NCBI GenBank assembly: GCA_046350275.1
Contig: JAXMAS010000005.1
Span: 13,224-77,223 of the forward strand
Length of the DNA stretch: 64,000 bases
Reading direction: 5' to 3'
From: Gemmataceae bacterium
GTDB lineage: Bacteria; Planctomycetota; Planctomycetia; Gemmatales; Gemmataceae
The notes under the pieces were generated by a model. The model worked only from the letters and a program-made list of their open reading frames with translations, did not search any database and was not told the origin of the DNA. The translations under genes and the position numbers were made by a program. Below are positions 1 through 9,696 of this stretch, piece by piece (the first letter of the stretch is position 1; each line of letters starts with the position of its first letter).

Positions 1-9
1 CTGCGGGCG

Positions 10-699
10 ATGAACGCGATCATCGGCACGCTGATGCTCCTGGGCGTTGCGGCGCGGGCATCGGGGAGTGTCGGCGTCGAACGCGATCGTGATACGCTCG
101 TCAGCCTGATGACGACGCCGCTAACGACGCAGCAAATCCTTTGGGCCAAATGGCTCGGCAGCTTGGCCAGCGTCCGACCACTCTTGTGGTGGCTCGGACC
201 AGTTTGGCTGATCACGATCCTGGCCGGCGGCGTCAACGCTGCGGCGGTCGTGCTGATGGCGATGGCATGGATGGCCCCGGCGGCATTCTTCGCGGCATGG
301 GGTGTGTACTGCTCGGTCACGGCCGCGACGACATTACGGTCGACGACGTGGGGCGTCATGGGCGCGCTCTTTTTCGGCGGCGCTCACTGGATTTGCATCG
401 GCATGTGTGTCTACGCGCCTCTGGCGGCGCTGGCCCATACGGGCGACGAGATGAAGTGGCCGGCGTACATCGAAGCCGGCCTGACGCCGCCGGCCGTGTT
501 TGCCCTGGTCCCGTTCGACGAATTGAATCGCCTCGACATCGGCAATGATGGCTTGTTCCCCGCGTTCATGGTCCTCGGCATGGTTCTGTGGGTGACGGCG
601 GCCGCGATTGTCGGATCGCTAGCCCACGAGCAATTCGCGCGGATGACGCACCGGAACGCCTTCGCCCGATCCGATCTTCGGCCGGAGAAAAAGCCGTGA
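10..699 (+). CDS. C-terminal part of a polytopic membrane protein with an ABC-2-type permease-like domain; the 5' end lies outside the window
   Basis: The ORF is open from the window edge. It has hydrophobic TM segments and the motif ERDRDTLVSLMTTPLTTQQILWAKWLG, which matches the ExExGTLE..L.TP...EI..GK signature of ABC-2 family permeases. It is paralogous to the C-terminal halves of the next three genes. Confidence 0.6.
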   Translation: MNAIIGTLMLLGVAARASGSVGVERDRDTLVSLMTTPLTTQQILWAKWLGSLASVRPLLWWLGPVWLITILAGGVNAAAVVLMAMAWMAPAAFFAAWGVYCSVTAATTLRSTTWGVMGALFFGGAHWICIGMCVYAPLAALAHTGDEMKWPAYIEAGLTPPAVFALVPFDELNRLDIGNDGLFPAFMVLGMVLWVTAAAIVGSLAHEQFARMTHRNAFARSDLRPEKKP

Positions 700-2633
700 A
701 CTTCCTCGGCCCCGTCTTCTGGCACGACCTGGTCCGGGTCGCCCGCCGCCAACGATTGGCCCTCTGGCGGGCGATCTACGGCCTTGCGTTATTGCTGGCT
801 CTGGCCCTCGTGTACGCGAACACGATGCCGCCGAGCGTTTGGTTGGGCGGGCACCTGCGGCCCGGAGAAGAGGCAGCATTTGCCGATGGATTCCTGACCG
901 TGTTCACCGTTGCCCAGTTCGCGGCTGTCATCCTGTTGACACCGGCTCTGGCCGCCAACGCGCTGGCCGAAGAGAAGACGCATAACACGCTCATCTTCCT
1001 ATTCACGACGCAACTCACGAGCCGCGAGATCGTGCTCGGTAAGCTCGTCACCCGACTGATGCACATTGGTTCGCTGGTGCTGACGGGGCTGCCGGTGTTG
1101 GCGATCCTGCAATTCCTCGGTGGCGTGGATCTTCCCAAAGTCGTGGCGTCGTTTGCGGCCGTCGCGGTGACAGCCGTGAGCCTGGCGAGCATCGGGCTGG
1201 CCTGTGCCGTGTTTACCCGCAAGCCGCAAAACGCTCCGTGGCGGGCGTACCAGATCGTCCTGGCCTATGCGGCTCTGAGTAGCGTTTGCATCTGGGCCTA
1301 CGAATTGCCGTGGGGGAGCACGTTCGCCGGGCGCACCGTCACGCGATTTGCACTTCCCGGCGGCATTACCGGCGTCTGGGCGTTTACGCCGACGCTTCCG
1401 CCGCAGCCGTGGGACTCGGAGTTGGTCGAGCCGTTCAACTACGCCAATCCGTACTACGCCTACCGCCGCATTTGGACGGCGCAGCAGCTTGGGGCCGACA
1501 CAAACACCGAATTGCTGAAGATCGGCAGCATTTACGTGGCGACGCACCTGGTCATTGCCGCGCTGTTTTCCGGCCTGGCCATTGCACGACTGCGGGTGGC
1601 GACGGCCAAGACGCTGGGCGGCAGTGGACTGACGCACAAGAACAAGGCGATCCTCAAAGCCGCTCCGCATCCGCCGATCCGCAATCGCCCCGTGTTGTGG
1701 AAGGAACTCTACTGCGAGTCGAAACCGCGGCAGCGATGGCTAGCGCTTCTCTTCACGCGCTGGTTCTTCGTCGCGAGCTTTCTGCCGGCGTGGGTAATCA
1801 TCGTTCTTTTGCTCGATAACAGCTTCAGCAAGCTGGCCTCGTACACGTTGCTTGGGCTGCGCTATGGCGGAACACTTGTCGCCTGCGGCCTGATCGTGCG
1901 TGTCGGGTTGCAGGCGGCGCGATCCATCGGCTCGGAACGCGACCGCGAGACGTTCGATAGCATGATGACCACCGCCCTCGAACCGGACGAGATCGTTAAT
2001 GGCAAATGGTGGGGTAGCTTTCTCTCGGGTCGCTGGATGGTCGTCTGGCTCCTCGTCCATTGGGGCCTGGGCGTGTTGGCTTTGGCCGTTAGCCCATTCG
2101 CAGTGCCGCTCCTGATTCTGGGCGTATTGGTGTTCGCGGCATTCGCGGTCAGCCTCGGGATGTTCTGCGCGGCGCACTTCCCACGGACGAAACAGGCCGC
2201 GTCGGTGACGCTGATGATCCTCCTCTTCGCCACGACACTGATGCCGTGGACGCTTGGGAAGATCACCGGTGCGTTGATGGACCCGCAGCCGGCGTTCAGT
2301 ATGGGCCGACCGTGGCAGCGGCCGCAGATGCCGTGGCCCGAGGCGCTCGCGGGCGGATTGACGCCGCCGCGGGCGCTCGCCTCGTGCGTGATCGAATCCG
2401 ACTATTTTCAGGGCTTCGGCTACTACTACAGACCGGACGAAGACCGCTTCAGCGAGATGGCCGTTCCGATCGCCATCGGCCTGATGGTCTATGGTGGTCT
2501 GGCGATCGTGTTGGCCGCACTGGCCCACCGGGCGTTCCGCGCGTCATTGCCGGGGCATCGCCGGGGCAACGCCGGGCCGCGCGCCGCTTCACGAATCGCC
2601 AGGCCACAGCGCGAACCTGTCGAGGTGGAGTAA
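696..2633 (+). CDS. Fused tandem ABC-2-type permease-like membrane protein (two permease-like repeats in one polypeptide)
   Basis: A GTG at 696 overlaps the upstream stop (GTGA). The N-terminus VNFLGPVFWHDLVRVARRQRLALWRAIYGL is paralogous to the N-termini of genes 3 and 4. Two signature motifs are present (EEKTHNTLIFLFTTQLTSREIVLGKL and ERDRETFDSMMTTALEPDEIVNGKWWG), with many TM helices. The ORF-track start at 588 is probably an upstream extension. Confidence 0.6.
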   Translation: MNFLGPVFWHDLVRVARRQRLALWRAIYGLALLLALALVYANTMPPSVWLGGHLRPGEEAAFADGFLTVFTVAQFAAVILLTPALAANALAEEKTHNTLIFLFTTQLTSREIVLGKLVTRLMHIGSLVLTGLPVLAILQFLGGVDLPKVVASFAAVAVTAVSLASIGLACAVFTRKPQNAPWRAYQIVLAYAALSSVCIWAYELPWGSTFAGRTVTRFALPGGITGVWAFTPTLPPQPWDSELVEPFNYANPYYAYRRIWTAQQLGADTNTELLKIGSIYVATHLVIAALFSGLAIARLRVATAKTLGGSGLTHKNKAILKAAPHPPIRNRPVLWKELYCESKPRQRWLALLFTRWFFVASFLPAWVIIVLLLDNSFSKLASYTLLGLRYGGTLVACGLIVRVGLQAARSIGSERDRETFDSMMTTALEPDEIVNGKWWGSFLSGRWMVVWLLVHWGLGVLALAVSPFAVPLLILGVLVFAAFAVSLGMFCAAHFPRTKQAASVTLMILLFATTLMPWTLGKITGALMDPQPAFSMGRPWQRPQMPWPEALAGGLTPPRALASCVIESDYFQGFGYYYRPDEDRFSEMAVPIAIGLMVYGGLAIVLAALAHRAFRASLPGHRRGNAGPRAASRIARPQREPVEVE

Positions 2634-2638
2634 CTCCG

Positions 2639-4435
2639 ATGCCCGTCCTGGGGCCATTATTCCGACACGAGCTTGTTCGCTTGGCCCATCGGCAACGGCT
2701 GACGCTGTGGCGCAGCGTGTATGCGCTGTGCCTGGTCGGTATCGCGGCGATCACGTTCGCCGCGGCCACCAACGGCTTCGAGAAGCGATTGACGCCGTTC
2801 CTGACGGCCCGCATTGCCGAAGCGTTGTTCGTCGGGCTGATGCTGCTCCAGTTCGTTCTCGCGGCGGTGCTCATCCCACAATGGACGGCCGACGTGGTGG
2901 CCGGCGAGAAGGAGCGACAGACGCTGCCCTTTCTGCTCGTCTCGGACCTGACCAGCCGCGAAGTTGTCCTCGGCAAGATGGCCGCCCGGCTTGCTCAGGT
3001 ATCGATGTTTCTATTTGCGGGGCTGCCGGTCCTGGCCATGCTTCAGCTTTATGGCGGAGCCGACATCGAATTGATCGTCTGGGTTGTCCTGTCTCTCGTG
3101 GCGACACTCTTGAGCGCGAGTGGGGCCGCGATCCTCGCGTCCGTGGCCGAACGGACGACCCGGCAAGCAACGAAACGGGCGGCTCAGATCTTCGCCGTCT
3201 ACGCCTTTTGGCCGATGGCCGCCGATTGGCTCTGCCGCGCCTGGCCGATGATCGGCTACTTCCCGCGAACGCTCGGCTGGCAGGTCTCGTACACGCTCGA
3301 CGATCTCATCGCGGTCATCAATTGGGGCAACCCGCTGTATGTCGGTCGGGAACTCATCAATCAGCTCCGAGCGGGTGGCACCGTTGCCGCGACGATCGCG
3401 CCAATGGCGGCGCAGTACATTCTGTTCCACATGATTGCAGCCGGGATCTGCACCGGCTGGGCGATCCGGCGGCTCCGGCCGGTCCACGCGGAGCAAGGCG
3501 ATGGACCGCCCGTGCCCAAGGCCAACGTCCCGAAATTGCTCAAACCGCCGGGACGACCAACCGTCGGTGAACGCCCTGTCTTCTGGAAGATGCTGCATTG
3601 CGATGCGCGTCTCAGCCGGACGATCTGGCAGTTCAACCTGATGCGCTTTATCTACGTCGCGAGCTACCTGTTTCAGCCGGCTCTCCTGGTGATGATTGCC
3701 ATACAGGTGGGATCACGCAACGCTCAAGCCGTGACCGATGTGTCGATGATCGTGGTCCGTGGCGTGGTCACCGTTGTCCTGGCCGCTCTCTGCATGCACG
3801 CGGCCGGGTTGGCCGCGGCCTGCATCGGGCGCGAGCGGCAGAAACAAACGCTCGACGAACTCCTCCTGACCGATCTCACTGTCGAGGAAATCCTCGCACA
3901 GAAGTGGATCGCCAGCTTCTGGAGTGGGCGATGGGTGTTGCTCTGGGTGCTGGTTCAATGGGCGATCGGCATTGCAGTCGGGGCGTTGCATCCGATGGCG
4001 GTCGTCGCAGTGACGCTCGCCTGGACCGCATTTGCCGCGAGTGGGACAAGCCTGGGCCTCTACTGGGCGGTCCGAACTCCGACGATGCAGCGGGCGAACG
4101 CCTGGACCGGCCTGTGCGGCTTCGCCTTGGTGGCGGTACCGGTCGTGCTGGCGATGTTCCTCCTGATTTGGACGGACGCGCGTCGCGGGTCGGAGCTGCT
4201 CGCGATGTCGCCGCCCGGCACGCTCGGCTTGGCGGCCATCTCACCCGATAACTGGGCGCAACTCCGTCGCGGCGAATGGTCGTACCTGTTGATGGCCGCC
4301 GCCTGCCTCGCCTGCATCGCGTTCCACGCGATCCTGGCGTGGCGGTTGTGGCGTGCCGCGTGCCGACGGTTTGCAATCGTGACGGGCCGAGCGCCCGAAT
4401 CCTGGCGTGCCGTCGCTCCTGGGGAGGTGTCATGA
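2639..4435 (+). CDS. Fused tandem ABC-2-type permease-like membrane protein, paralog 3
   Basis: An internal ATG gives MPVLGPLFRHELVRLAHRQRLTLWRSVYAL, paralogous to the neighbouring N-termini. Motifs EKERQTLPFLLVSDLTSREVVLGKM and ERQKQTLDELLLTDLTVEEILAQKW are present and the protein is polytopic. The start lies 6 nt after the upstream stop. The ORF track extends to 2246, which is probably not real. Confidence 0.6.
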   Translation: MPVLGPLFRHELVRLAHRQRLTLWRSVYALCLVGIAAITFAAATNGFEKRLTPFLTARIAEALFVGLMLLQFVLAAVLIPQWTADVVAGEKERQTLPFLLVSDLTSREVVLGKMAARLAQVSMFLFAGLPVLAMLQLYGGADIELIVWVVLSLVATLLSASGAAILASVAERTTRQATKRAAQIFAVYAFWPMAADWLCRAWPMIGYFPRTLGWQVSYTLDDLIAVINWGNPLYVGRELINQLRAGGTVAATIAPMAAQYILFHMIAAGICTGWAIRRLRPVHAEQGDGPPVPKANVPKLLKPPGRPTVGERPVFWKMLHCDARLSRTIWQFNLMRFIYVASYLFQPALLVMIAIQVGSRNAQAVTDVSMIVVRGVVTVVLAALCMHAAGLAAACIGRERQKQTLDELLLTDLTVEEILAQKWIASFWSGRWVLLWVLVQWAIGIAVGALHPMAVVAVTLAWTAFAASGTSLGLYWAVRTPTMQRANAWTGLCGFALVAVPVVLAMFLLIWTDARRGSELLAMSPPGTLGLAAISPDNWAQLRRGEWSYLLMAAACLACIAFHAILAWRLWRAACRRFAIVTGRAPESWRAVAPGEVS

Positions 4436-6267
4436 CGCAGATCCCGCCGCGCGTCAAACCGGTTCGCCAATACCGGCCGCTCGTCGGACCGCTGTTCGCG
4501 TACGACCTGGTGGCGAGCACGCGCCGCGGCCAGCACGTCGGGCTCCGCGTCCTCATCGCGACACTGCTTCTGATCGTCCTCTACTGCGTCTACTCCGTCG
4601 AACTGCGGGTGGACCCGCTCGCGAACCCGTTCAAGGCCGGACCTACGATCGCCATCAACGCCATGGCCGGGTTCGCCAACAACTTCGCGATCTGGTGCAT
4701 CGTCGTGCAGATGCTCGCGGTACTGCTGGTCACGCCGATCGTCGTCGCCGACGCCATCGCCCGTGAGAAGGAACGGCGTGCCCTCGACTTCCTTTTCGTC
4801 ACCGATTTGACCGACCGCGAGATCGTCTTCGGTAAGCTCGGATCGCGGCTGACGTACCTCGTCGGTGTATTGCTGACGGGAATGCCGGTCGTCGGGATGA
4901 CGCAGCTCTTTGGCGGTGTCAGCCTGGGGCTTTTCATCGGCGGGTACGTCGTCATCTACTCGACGCTGATCGGCTTGACGAGTCTGAGCATCTGTTGCTC
5001 GGTACTGTCGAAAACCTCGCTTCAGGCGACGACGCGGGCATACGCTGTTGCAGCGGGTTACTTGCTCTTCTCGCCGTGCGTGATCGGCATGATGCGTGGC
5101 GATGAAGGGTTCATCGTCGCTGTGACGGCGTTCGCGTTCGCCAACTTGATGGTCTCCGTCTTCGCCGTCGGCACGAGCCTGACAGAGTTGCGACCGCGGG
5201 CACTGGCTTTGACCTACCACCTGCCGCCCGTGCCACTGACGATGCCGTCCGTCCCGGCGGTCGCCAAGACGGCGGTGAAAACGGCGGCACAACCCATGCG
5301 GGGTTGGGGGGCGATGGAGGACGATGGTGGGCCGCCGTTTGTGCGGCCCGCACCGCCGCTCACGCCGAAATTACCTCGGCACGTCGAGGTCTGGCAACCA
5401 CCACCGATTCCGCCGCCGCCGTTACCCCCAATCGACGAGGAGCGGCCGCTTCTGTGGAAGGAAGTGTGTCTCCATTCGTTCACGCGCGGACGGGTCGGCC
5501 CGGCGACGCCGGCGTTGATGGGCGCGATCGTCGTGGCCGCCGTACTGCTGGGCCTGATGCTGATTGTTGTGCTGACAGATCGGAACGCGGGCCTCCACGA
5601 GATCGCGCAGTTGGGGACCATCGTCGTCAAGGTGGTCACAGTCGCCGTCGGTTCCATCCTCGGCCTCGCCGCAATCCTGCACACGACCAACAGCATCGTC
5701 CGGGAGCGTGAGCGCGATACACTCGACGCCTTATTGACACTGCCATTCGACCGGGTAATGCTCCTGGAGGCGAAGTGGCTCGGTGGACTGTACGATCTGC
5801 GGGCGCTGCCGATGATTCTGGGGCTGGGTTGGCTCTTTGGCCTGGTGACGGGCGGGTTGCACCCGATCGCCCTGTTCTGGTTGATCTGCTGTGTATTGGC
5901 CCCGATTGAGTTCCTCGCGAGCCTGGGTCTGTGGTTATCGGCGGTCAACCGTTCGAGCTTGCGAGCGAATCTGGTCGCGGCCCTGTGCGTGCTGGGTGTC
6001 GGCTTCGGGCCGTGGATCGCGGCCAACTATGTCGAGTTTCTGTACCCGCGCGGGTACGGCCAGAGTGATTGGTCGGACATCGTGTATACGACGCTGATGC
6101 CGCCGGCCGCGTGGCTTCATGCAGCGGTTTCCTGGGAAGACTACGCAAAACTGCCGGCGTACACCGGTGACGTGTTGCTATCCGGGGCGCTCCTGTATGC
6201 GATCGGGGCGTGGCTTTTGTGGCGAATGTCGGTCGCCCGATTGCGATGGGTCGCCGGAAAGCGATGA
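4432..6267 (+). CDS. Fused tandem ABC-2-type permease-like membrane protein, paralog 4
   Basis: An ATG at 4432 overlaps the upstream stop (ATGA) and gives MTQIPPRVKPVRQYRPLVGPLFAYDLV. Motifs EKERRALDFLFVTDLTDREIVFGKL and ERERDTLDALLTLPFDRVMLLEAKWLG are present. A Pro-rich linker (PPPIPPPPLPP) joins the two halves. Confidence 0.6.
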   Translation: MTQIPPRVKPVRQYRPLVGPLFAYDLVASTRRGQHVGLRVLIATLLLIVLYCVYSVELRVDPLANPFKAGPTIAINAMAGFANNFAIWCIVVQMLAVLLVTPIVVADAIAREKERRALDFLFVTDLTDREIVFGKLGSRLTYLVGVLLTGMPVVGMTQLFGGVSLGLFIGGYVVIYSTLIGLTSLSICCSVLSKTSLQATTRAYAVAAGYLLFSPCVIGMMRGDEGFIVAVTAFAFANLMVSVFAVGTSLTELRPRALALTYHLPPVPLTMPSVPAVAKTAVKTAAQPMRGWGAMEDDGGPPFVRPAPPLTPKLPRHVEVWQPPPIPPPPLPPIDEERPLLWKEVCLHSFTRGRVGPATPALMGAIVVAAVLLGLMLIVVLTDRNAGLHEIAQLGTIVVKVVTVAVGSILGLAAILHTTNSIVRERERDTLDALLTLPFDRVMLLEAKWLGGLYDLRALPMILGLGWLFGLVTGGLHPIALFWLICCVLAPIEFLASLGLWLSAVNRSSLRANLVAALCVLGVGFGPWIAANYVEFLYPRGYGQSDWSDIVYTTLMPPAAWLHAAVSWEDYAKLPAYTGDVLLSGALLYAIGAWLLWRMSVARLRWVAGKR

Positions 6268-6619
6268 GCTGTCATCAACCGTCGGCAGGTCGTTCCCGAT
6301 AACCATCGAGGGCGGCCTGTCGTGCGGCACCGTGATCGGCCTCAGCCCAACGAAAACTCTCAGGACAGCGGCTACCCCTGTGCCGGTCGGTCTTCGGGGT
6401 GTCTCAAGGGCCACGATGCAGGAGAATTGCGCCTGGGTTGCTGGCCTAGACATCGAGGAGGGTAGCGCTCGTCGGCTATGCTTCGCGGGCCGAGGCGTCG
6501 TGCCACCGGCACGACTATGCGAGGCGACTCTTTCATCGGCCCGATTGTTGGTTTGGTATTCGGAGCTCAGGACGGAGGCTTGAAAACTCTGAGTGGATTC
6601 AACGCAGCAACACATATTG

Positions 6620-7531
6620 TCATGGTACGCTAATCGCCTCACCTCCGGAACGAGTCGCAAGTGCAGGCAGTACGTTTCTTGTTTCATAAGTTAGGAACCG
6701 TACCGATCCTTCCGCGAATAGCCAGTTGCCGCCATCGGAATGCAAACTCCAATAGTGGAATCGATCACATGGGTTGGTTGCATAGCCAGGACCGAACTCA
6801 AATCTGCCGTTGCACTGACTATCCGCGTAATTAACGCCGACGGCCAGCCAACCGCAATCCGGCCCTCGGGCGAGCGAATTGAGCTGGTTTCGATACCAAC
6901 TCCCTGCCTGTCCGGAGTCGGGCGGAGGCCTCTCGCCGACCATGAGGGTATTGCTAACCCCATCTGTGATCTCGCTGAAGCGAATTCCAAGTCTACCGGG
7001 CCTACCGAGAACGCCATCCCAATCCAGCGCCCCTCCCACGCCTAGGTAAGACGTGACTGCCATTTGAGTGTCGGGGCTGGACATGAATCGGGAGATTGCT
7101 TCCCTTCCATCAGCTGGGCACACAAAAAGCCGAATCGGTGTACTGTTGCCAACATGCGGCGGGTCTAAATCCGCATCGGAGGCGATTCGAAAGGCGTCTA
7201 GGATCTGCCGCCAACGAGCATCTTGTTCAAGGTCCGGGAGTATCAAGGCCATCCAACTCAGCCACACGTCCGCGTCGGGTTCTGGCTTGGTTCCACCGAC
7301 GTATACCCGCCGCGGTGGAAGATTGCCATGACGACCGTGATAGTTGGCGAGTCCAACGCCCAACTGTCGCAGGCTATTCGCGCAGGAGATGCGCATCGAG
7401 TTGGCCCGCGCGGCCTGCACTGCCGGTAACGACAAACTCACTAGAAGGCCAACCACACCGATGGCGACGAGTACTTCGGCAAGGGTGACCGCCGTTCGAT
7501 TCGGGTTGCGGGCGTGTCGTCGCATCGTCAA
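6620..7531 (-). CDS. DUF1559 domain protein with a prepilin-type N-terminal cleavage/methylation domain (Planctomycetes-typical)
   Basis: The N-terminus RTAVTLAEVLVAIGVVGLLVSLSLPAVQAARANSMRISCANSLRQLGVGLANYH is the canonical DUF1559 / type IV pilin-like start. Local GC is about 50%, well below the flanks. Confidence 0.8.
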   Translation of the reverse strand: MTMRRHARNPNRTAVTLAEVLVAIGVVGLLVSLSLPAVQAARANSMRISCANSLRQLGVGLANYHGRHGNLPPRRVYVGGTKPEPDADVWLSWMALILPDLEQDARWRQILDAFRIASDADLDPPHVGNSTPIRLFVCPADGREAISRFMSSPDTQMAVTSYLGVGGALDWDGVLGRPGRLGIRFSEITDGVSNTLMVGERPPPDSGQAGSWYRNQLNSLARGPDCGWLAVGVNYADSQCNGRFEFGPGYATNPCDRFHYWSLHSDGGNWLFAEGSVRFLTYETRNVLPALATRSGGEAISVP

Positions 7532-7827
7532 TCCTTGATAGTCACAGGGACTTCGACTTTCGATTGACCCGAGTCACTCGTCGCCATTAGGACAACATGA
7601 CCGTATCGGTTGCGACCCTCAACTCGAGCAGACTTCTTGCATTCAATTGTCACAACGTGACGCTCAGCATCTGTAATTAGGCCATTGTCGATGATCACTC
7701 CAAAATCCTCTGGGGCCGAGGCTACTGTCAAGCCAAACACTTTCGACGGCACAGCACGGCAAATACACCTGGCGCTGTATATTGGCCCATCGGATGAGTT
7801 TCGCGGCAGGACGACAGCGGCGGGCAT
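7528..7827 (-). CDS. Hypothetical protein, translationally coupled to the downstream DUF1559 gene
   Basis: A 99-aa ORF overlaps the DUF1559 start by 4 nt. It lies inside the low-GC island and has no recognisable motif. Confidence 0.4.
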   Translation of the reverse strand: MPAAVVLPRNSSDGPIYSARCICRAVPSKVFGLTVASAPEDFGVIIDNGLITDAERHVVTIECKKSARVEGRNRYGHVVLMATSDSGQSKVEVPVTIKD

Positions 7828-7839
7828 TACTTCATAACC

Positions 7840-8187
7840 TTATACCGCGCGACCCCGTACCGGAATGGCAATCGGTCTTGCATCATCACCCTTCACATAT
7901 ACCAATATGTTTCCTTGCACCGGCCCCTGAGCACTCGGGGAGAAGGCTATTTCCACGCCCGCTACGTTGTGACCATCCGTCGGAGATTCGTCGGCCCGAC
8001 CTTTCACTAGTGTTACGGACAAGCTCTCCGGATTATCGCTGACTACGCGCTCGACTTCACGGGGCAGCGGTCGGGTATCAAACAGGTGAACTGTTTGACG
8101 CGCACAACTTCCAACTGGGACGTCCCAAAATGCTGCCCCGGCGCATACCGCGGGCAACACAAAGTAGGCAAGAATCCGAGTAGCCAT
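7840..8187 (-). CDS. Hypothetical secreted protein
   Basis: The internal start MATRILAYFVLPAVCAGAAFW resembles a signal peptide. The ORF track extends to 8244. It sits in the low-GC island. Confidence 0.4.
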   Translation of the reverse strand: MATRILAYFVLPAVCAGAAFWDVPVGSCARQTVHLFDTRPLPREVERVVSDNPESLSVTLVKGRADESPTDGHNVAGVEIAFSPSAQGPVQGNILVYVKGDDARPIAIPVRGRAV

Positions 8188-8209
8188 ATACCGCTCCACG
8201 ATGGTGAAG

Positions 8210-9262
8210 CTAAGGAGTTTGTTTGCGGCGACGGATGAGCGCAAAACTGATGCCGACTAACAAGACGGCAACTGAAACGGGTGTCAACCAACTTGCAAAC
8301 CCGTTCCCGCGTTCAGTGACAGGCGTGGGTTCCGCCGGTGGAATGCTCGTTAGGAGCGTGGTTGTAACTTGCTTGCTGTTGTCCGGCTCCAGTTTGCCAC
8401 CCGAGCCGACGCGGAACTCGCGTCCCTGTATGCCGTCAATTACCCGAGTACCTTCGGGGAAGGCCAGTGAGAAAGTTGAGTCGGGCACTCCCAAGTTTAC
8501 CTTGATGTCGCGAAAAGATGTTCCATACGTACTGGGTGTTTCATGCCCGTCACGTCCGACAACGATAAGCCGAACCTCGGACGGAAAGTACAAGCCAGGC
8601 GATACCTCTGTGAACCCGCGTACTTCTGCCCCGCCACGAGACTGGCCGTGAGAACTATCCGTAACTAAGCGCTTTCGTACTAAATAGTTGACGGACGGAT
8701 CGAACCACAACTCATTGCGGATTTCGCCGGTCTGGATGTCTAAATAGGTCAACTGCCGGCCGTCGACCGTTACCTCAGCCGCGCTCCGAAGTTTGTGCGG
8801 ACCCGCTAACAGTTCATCTAGCGAATAGACCTGGCCGTTCATGCCAAAGTGCGTGAATAAGGCGGTCAGCCAGACATCGCTATACCCGAAAAAGCCCTTG
8901 CTACGCGATATGGTACCTGTCAGGGATTGTCGCCCGCCGCTCCAGACTGCGGGCGACAATGAGCGCACGTCACCATTTCGACAGGCGATGTCAACCCCAA
9001 AGCCGAGGTAGTTCTCACGTATGCGGACCAACTCTCCCTTTCTCCAATAGTCAATGGAGACCGGGGCTGGTGATGGCGCGGCGGACTTCGCTCGGCCACC
9101 GACTTCGGTAGCCCGGCAATAGAAATCTACCATCGACTGAACCGTCGCCGAGTGGGCTTGCCGCACTAAGGTTGCCAGTTCGTCCTCCCCTCCCCTCACC
9201 GTGGGCACTAGGAAAGTGGGTACTACAGCAGCAGCCATTGTCAGTCGTATGGCAAGCGACAT
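8210..9262 (-). CDS. Hypothetical secreted protein with a C-terminal membrane anchor
   Basis: The N-terminus has a signal-like stretch (MSLAIRLTMAAAVVPTFLVPTVRG). The C-terminus ends in a hydrophobic helix plus a basic tail (WLTPVSVAVLLVGISFALIRRRKQTP), similar to a sorting-signal anchor. It is in the low-GC region. Confidence 0.45.
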   Translation of the reverse strand: MSLAIRLTMAAAVVPTFLVPTVRGGEDELATLVRQAHSATVQSMVDFYCRATEVGGRAKSAAPSPAPVSIDYWRKGELVRIRENYLGFGVDIACRNGDVRSLSPAVWSGGRQSLTGTISRSKGFFGYSDVWLTALFTHFGMNGQVYSLDELLAGPHKLRSAAEVTVDGRQLTYLDIQTGEIRNELWFDPSVNYLVRKRLVTDSSHGQSRGGAEVRGFTEVSPGLYFPSEVRLIVVGRDGHETPSTYGTSFRDIKVNLGVPDSTFSLAFPEGTRVIDGIQGREFRVGSGGKLEPDNSKQVTTTLLTSIPPAEPTPVTERGNGFASWLTPVSVAVLLVGISFALIRRRKQTP

Positions 9263-9363
9263 TGTCGTCCTCGACTAATGGTCAAGCCAGAAAAAACTCA
9301 TGTGATCAAGCGGTGCCTAGACTTCAAAATGGCGGGCTTGAATCACGTTCACAGTCGGCCTGC

Positions 9364-9633
9364 CTATGGGCAAGTGGCAAACGTAGCTCCGCACGGCCCG
9401 CCAGTAGTGCAGGTACCTTGGCAAACAAAATTGGAGCCGTTCGTGCAGCCGCCAGCGCCATTGCCACAGTAGTTGAAGCCACCCGCTCCACTGATCGAAC
9501 AACTGCATAGCTGCTGAGTTTGGAGATTCACTCCAGCAAACGTGCCACCTTGGGAGCACAAGAAGCTCCCGCTACAGGCTCCGAAGACGCCGAAGGCGTA
9601 TCCGCTTACCATCATTGCAGTGCTCAAGGACAA
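9364..9633 (-). CDS. Small Cys/Gly-rich putative secreted peptide (89 aa; alternative ATG starts at residues 7 and 8)
   Basis: The N-terminus is hydrophobic (MSLSTAMMVSGYAFGVFGA). About 12 Cys and 20 Gly follow in GxC/CxxG patterns (CSGSFLC, CSCSISGAGG, CGNGAGGC, CQGTCTTGGPCG). The start is TTG with no clear SD, so coding status is uncertain. Confidence 0.3.
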   Translation of the reverse strand: MSLSTAMMVSGYAFGVFGACSGSFLCSQGGTFAGVNLQTQQLCSCSISGAGGFNYCGNGAGGCTNGSNFVCQGTCTTGGPCGATFATCP

Positions 9634-9696
9634 CGCTGCGAGTAGTCTGGGTCGGGCCTTCTGTGCATGTCCCCTTAGATCAATTCCCAGGATCCT

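Noticed and set aside
588-695. N-terminal extensions of the ORF-track models (588-695, 2246-2638, 4276-4431, 18355-18492, 14275-14640 and similar)
   Set aside because: The paralogous N-termini, overlaps with upstream stop codons, signal peptides and SD motifs support the internal starts. The extensions overlap the upstream genes.
9172-9510. 112-aa plus-strand ORF overlapping the Cys-rich minus-strand ORF
   Set aside because: It has no signal, motif or RBS. The opposite-strand Cys/Gly-rich frame is the more distinctive candidate, although neither is certain.
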